A stretch of DNA of 32,000 bases from Planctomycetales bacterium (lineage in GTDB: Bacteria > 4484-113 > JAFGCY01): the NCBI GenBank assembly GCA_022646745.1, contig CP060262.1, forward strand, positions 2,580,001-2,612,000, written 5' to 3'. The first letter of the stretch is position 1. Each line of letters starts with the position of its first letter. Both the position numbers and the translations under genes were made by a program. Below are positions 29,614-32,000 of this stretch, piece after piece. The notes under the pieces are model-generated. The model was given only the letters and a program-made list of their open reading frames with translations, ran no database searches and was not told the origin of the DNA.

Positions 29614-29678
29614 ACCCGGATTTGGTAGGAACACAAGCCAGAGCCAGATTTGGTAAAATATCCATCCCGGAGGAACTG

Positions 29679-29921
29679 ATGCCACTTTACGACTTCCAGT
29701 GTGAGGCTTGCGGCAAGGTCTTTGAGGTGGAGCGGTCGATGACTGACACCAGCACCGAGACCTGCCCCAAGTGCGGCTCGAAGAAGACCGTCAAGGTCTT
29801 CTCCAGCGCGGGCATATCCTTCAAGGGCAGCGGCTTCTACGTGACTGACTCCAAGCCGAGCACGAACGGCAGCAGCAAGCCGACAGCCCCTTCCTCGTCC
29901 GACAGCGACAGCGAGGGCTGA
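29679..29921 (+). CDS. FmdB-family putative regulatory zinc-ribbon protein (CxxC...CxxC, Ser-rich tail)
   Basis: MPLYDFQCEACGKVFEVERSMTDTSTETCPKCGSKKTVKVFSSAGISFKGSGFYVTD is the canonical FmdB/CxxC_CxxC_SSSS pattern. GGAGG lies 5 nt upstream of ATG 29679. Confidence 0.86.
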   Translation: MPLYDFQCEACGKVFEVERSMTDTSTETCPKCGSKKTVKVFSSAGISFKGSGFYVTDSKPSTNGSSKPTAPSSSDSDSEG

Positions 29922-30049
29922 CTTCCAGCGCGATTTGATTCCGATTTCGCCTGCCTCTAACTGACCTACCGCCTGCGCCACAGCATAATTTGGCATATGC
30001 ACAGTGCCATGACACACCTTGGCTGCAGCTGGATTGCGGAGCTGTCGAT

Positions 30050-31243
30050 ATGAATAGAACGGTGTCATACATAAGACAGCCTGATTTCCGCGTACCACTT
30101 GCAAAGGTGACGCCCGGCATGACACTCGGACGTAACCTCGAGATGAATGGCAGGTTGCTGCTGCGCCATGGAGCAGTGCTTGACCCTGAGCGGATCGGCA
30201 AGCTCGGCAAGTTCGGTGTTGATTATGTGCACGTGGTCTTCGGCGATGAGGACCTGGACATCTACAAGGGCCTGCTGTGCTGCCAGGACAAGCCACCGGA
30301 TTACCACCACCTGCAATGCACCATCCGCGACACTTTCCTTGAGCTGGTGCCTGCCTGGGCGCGTCCCGCCAACTGTGCACGGGATGAGAAGGTGATCAAG
30401 CTCGTCAACACGACGATCGAGCACACCTTCGAAGTGATCTTCAGTTCGCGGCGCCTGTTCGAGCTCCTTCGCCTGTCCCGCATGTTCCAGCTGGAGCCAC
30501 TCAAGCATTGCCCCGTGACCTGGATGTACTCCCTGTGCGTCGGTGCCGGACTGGGTTACAGCCTGCCGACACTGCTCGACCTCAGCCTGTCAGCCCTGTT
30601 CTACGACATCGGGATGCTGAAGGTGCCGCAGGACATCCTCTCAAAGCCGGGTCGCCTGACCGAGCTCGAGTTCGCAGAGATCAAGAAGCATGTCTACTTC
30701 GGGCGGCGCCTGCTGGAGGCAGTCAGCGACTTCGGCTTCAGCATGCCGCTGGTCTCCTTCGAGCACCATGAGCATTACTACGGTGGCGGTTACCCGAAGA
30801 ACAAGCGCGGTGACTCGATCCATGAGTTCTCGCAGATCGTCGGACTGACAGACAAGTTCGCCGCCCTGATGACAACGCGCTTCCACCGCGACCGCTTCCA
30901 GCCCTACCAGGCCTATGAAATGCTGCTGGCCCAGACCAAGACTGCAGTCAGCCCGCGGATCTTCGTGGCCTTCCTCAAGCATGTGCTGCTCTATCCGCGA
31001 GGCTCACGGTTCAGGTTGTCCACAGGTGAGATTGCGGTCCCGCTCGATGTGCCGATCAAGGCCCCGACCAGGCCGCGGGTGCTGATCACCCACAGTGCCA
31101 ACGGCCATGAGCTGCTCGGCCTGCAGCGCGAGCACAACCTGGCGGCGGATCCGGACCTGCGGATTGAGTCCTTTGCGATCATGGACCAGTATCCGTCCAA
31201 CATCTCACCTGAGGACATTGAAACGCTGTCGCTGCTAGACTAG
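30050..31243 (+). CDS. HD-GYP-family protein with a substituted HD dyad (YD), N-terminal regulatory domain and C-terminal extension
   Basis: FEHHEHYYGGGYPKNKRGDSI is the HHE...GYP signature, and KKHVYFG and LTDKFAAL are retained. The expected LLHDIGK reads LFYDIGM. The N-terminal VTPGMTLGRNL...LLLRHGAVLDPERIGKLGKFGVDYVHV resembles the domain commonly found N-terminal to HD-GYP. Trimmed to ATG 30050. Confidence 0.86.
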   Translation: MNRTVSYIRQPDFRVPLAKVTPGMTLGRNLEMNGRLLLRHGAVLDPERIGKLGKFGVDYVHVVFGDEDLDIYKGLLCCQDKPPDYHHLQCTIRDTFLELVPAWARPANCARDEKVIKLVNTTIEHTFEVIFSSRRLFELLRLSRMFQLEPLKHCPVTWMYSLCVGAGLGYSLPTLLDLSLSALFYDIGMLKVPQDILSKPGRLTELEFAEIKKHVYFGRRLLEAVSDFGFSMPLVSFEHHEHYYGGGYPKNKRGDSIHEFSQIVGLTDKFAALMTTRFHRDRFQPYQAYEMLLAQTKTAVSPRIFVAFLKHVLLYPRGSRFRLSTGEIAVPLDVPIKAPTRPRVLITHSANGHELLGLQREHNLAADPDLRIESFAIMDQYPSNISPEDIETLSLLD

Positions 31244-31305
31244 TGCGGCATGCAGGCAGGTCCTGACCAACTGGTTACCTACAAATCTGCGGGGGACAAC
31301 ACCCA

Positions 31306-32000
31306 GTGAGCAAGCGTCGGCGCAACAACGGGCCGGTGATCGTGCATATCACCGGGCTGGAGCAACCCAAGAGCCCGAGACGCGGCTCAGGCCGCCTGTT
31401 CAGTGATGAGATTTCCTATTCCCTGTCCGCCCCCTTCGTGAATGACAATGATGCCCGCATCCTGCGCGAGCTGGTCTACTGGAACACCGGCAGCAGCAAG
31501 CGCCGGGTGCAGAGCCGGCTGATCCGCGGCAAGCAGGCCCGTTACGGGATCATCGCGGATCCGCGCGACCTGAGCCCGAACCTGCTGGAGCGGATGATGA
31601 TGCCTGGTGCGGACCGGGGCTTCGTCTCCGCCTGCAACATGCTGCTGCAGGGCAAGCCGCGCAAGGCCTTCGATGAACTCGTGCAACTGAAGAAGAATGC
31701 CGATGCTGAATTCCTGGCGGGCATGCTGGCACTCAAGCTGAACATGGAGGCACGTGCCGCCGAACTGCTCAGCCTGGCAATGGAACGCCCGGAGGACCTC
31801 GGTGACACATTTGCCCGGCATTCCGTGGCGGTGATGTTCGACCTGCCGATCACTCCGACGGCGATTGCGCATGTCGGCCCGACGCTGAATGGTGTCTACC
31901 TCGCGCTGGTGGAAGCCAAACAGCGCCTCAGGCACCACAACGACGCGATGTATGTGCTGCGCAAGCTGCAGCAGCGCCTGCCGCGTGACATAGTGGTGCT
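31306..32000 (+). CDS. Unknown protein; the ORF runs off the right edge (helical, possibly TPR-like)
   Basis: Absent from the track because it has no in-window stop. Open frame from GTG 31306 (GGGGGA about 10 nt upstream) to the window end with strong GC3 bias: (M)SKRRRNNGPVIVHITG...LLQGKPRKAFDELVQLKKNADAEFLAGMLALKLNMEARAAELL... The listed antisense ORF 31387..31938 is the likely shadow. The start codon is uncertain. Confidence 0.6.
   Translation, partial: MSKRRRNNGPVIVHITGLEQPKSPRRGSGRLFSDEISYSLSAPFVNDNDARILRELVYWNTGSSKRRVQSRLIRGKQARYGIIADPRDLSPNLLERMMMPGADRGFVSACNMLLQGKPRKAFDELVQLKKNADAEFLAGMLALKLNMEARAAELLSLAMERPEDLGDTFARHSVAVMFDLPITPTAIAHVGPTLNGVYLALVEAKQRLRHHNDAMYVLRKLQQRLPRDIVV

Noticed and set aside
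29991-30009. TGGCA-N9-TGCCA, reminiscent of a sigma54 -24/-12 promoter, upstream of the HD-GYP gene
   Set aside because: The GG-to-GC spacing (7 or 14 nt) does not fit the fixed -24/-12 geometry of TGGCAC-N5-TTGC. It is probably just a small inverted repeat.

Overview
GC-rich bacterial chromosomal segment. I see no rRNA, tRNA, CRISPR array, transposase or integrase. The left ~18 kb is an aerobic respiratory supercluster. On the + strand, ctaB (heme O synthase) and two DUF3179 genes converge head-on with a 14.4-kb, 13-gene minus-strand block. That block encodes Alternative Complex III (actABCDEF), an uncharacterised single-TM protein with NPCA nonapeptide repeats, a Sco-type copper chaperone, and a caa3-type cytochrome oxidase (subunit II-cyt c, I, III, IV and a second subunit-III-like protein). 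The right ~14 kb is heterogeneous: a GNAT-like acetyltransferase, cutA, a small lipoprotein, pth, two tandem diverged STAS (SpoIIAA-like) genes in a low-GC pocket, and an orphan ABC-type ATPase with degenerate catalytic motifs. It continues with a 1190-aa lipoprotein (cohesin-like, dockerin-like, FN3-like and beta-helix-like segments plus a Cys-punctuated Gly-rich array) and a convergent 506-aa lipoprotein behind a shared hairpin terminator. It ends with an orphan membrane-anchored protein, an FmdB-type zinc-ribbon protein, an HD-GYP protein whose HD dyad reads YD, and a right-edge partial ORF. Nothing here is a recognisable defence or mobile system. The most promising uncharacterised pieces are (i) the STAS x2 / degenerate ABC ATPase / giant lipoprotein neighbourhood, (ii) the NPCA-repeat protein between ACIII and the oxidase, and (iii) the ctaB-linked DUF3179 pair. 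All product calls come from motif recognition by eye; no database search was run. Many long ORFs in the track are antisense shadows typical of GC-rich DNA. The track uses ATG, GTG and TTG starts and takes the longest ORF, so I trimmed several starts to downstream ATGs with Shine-Dalgarno (SD) support.
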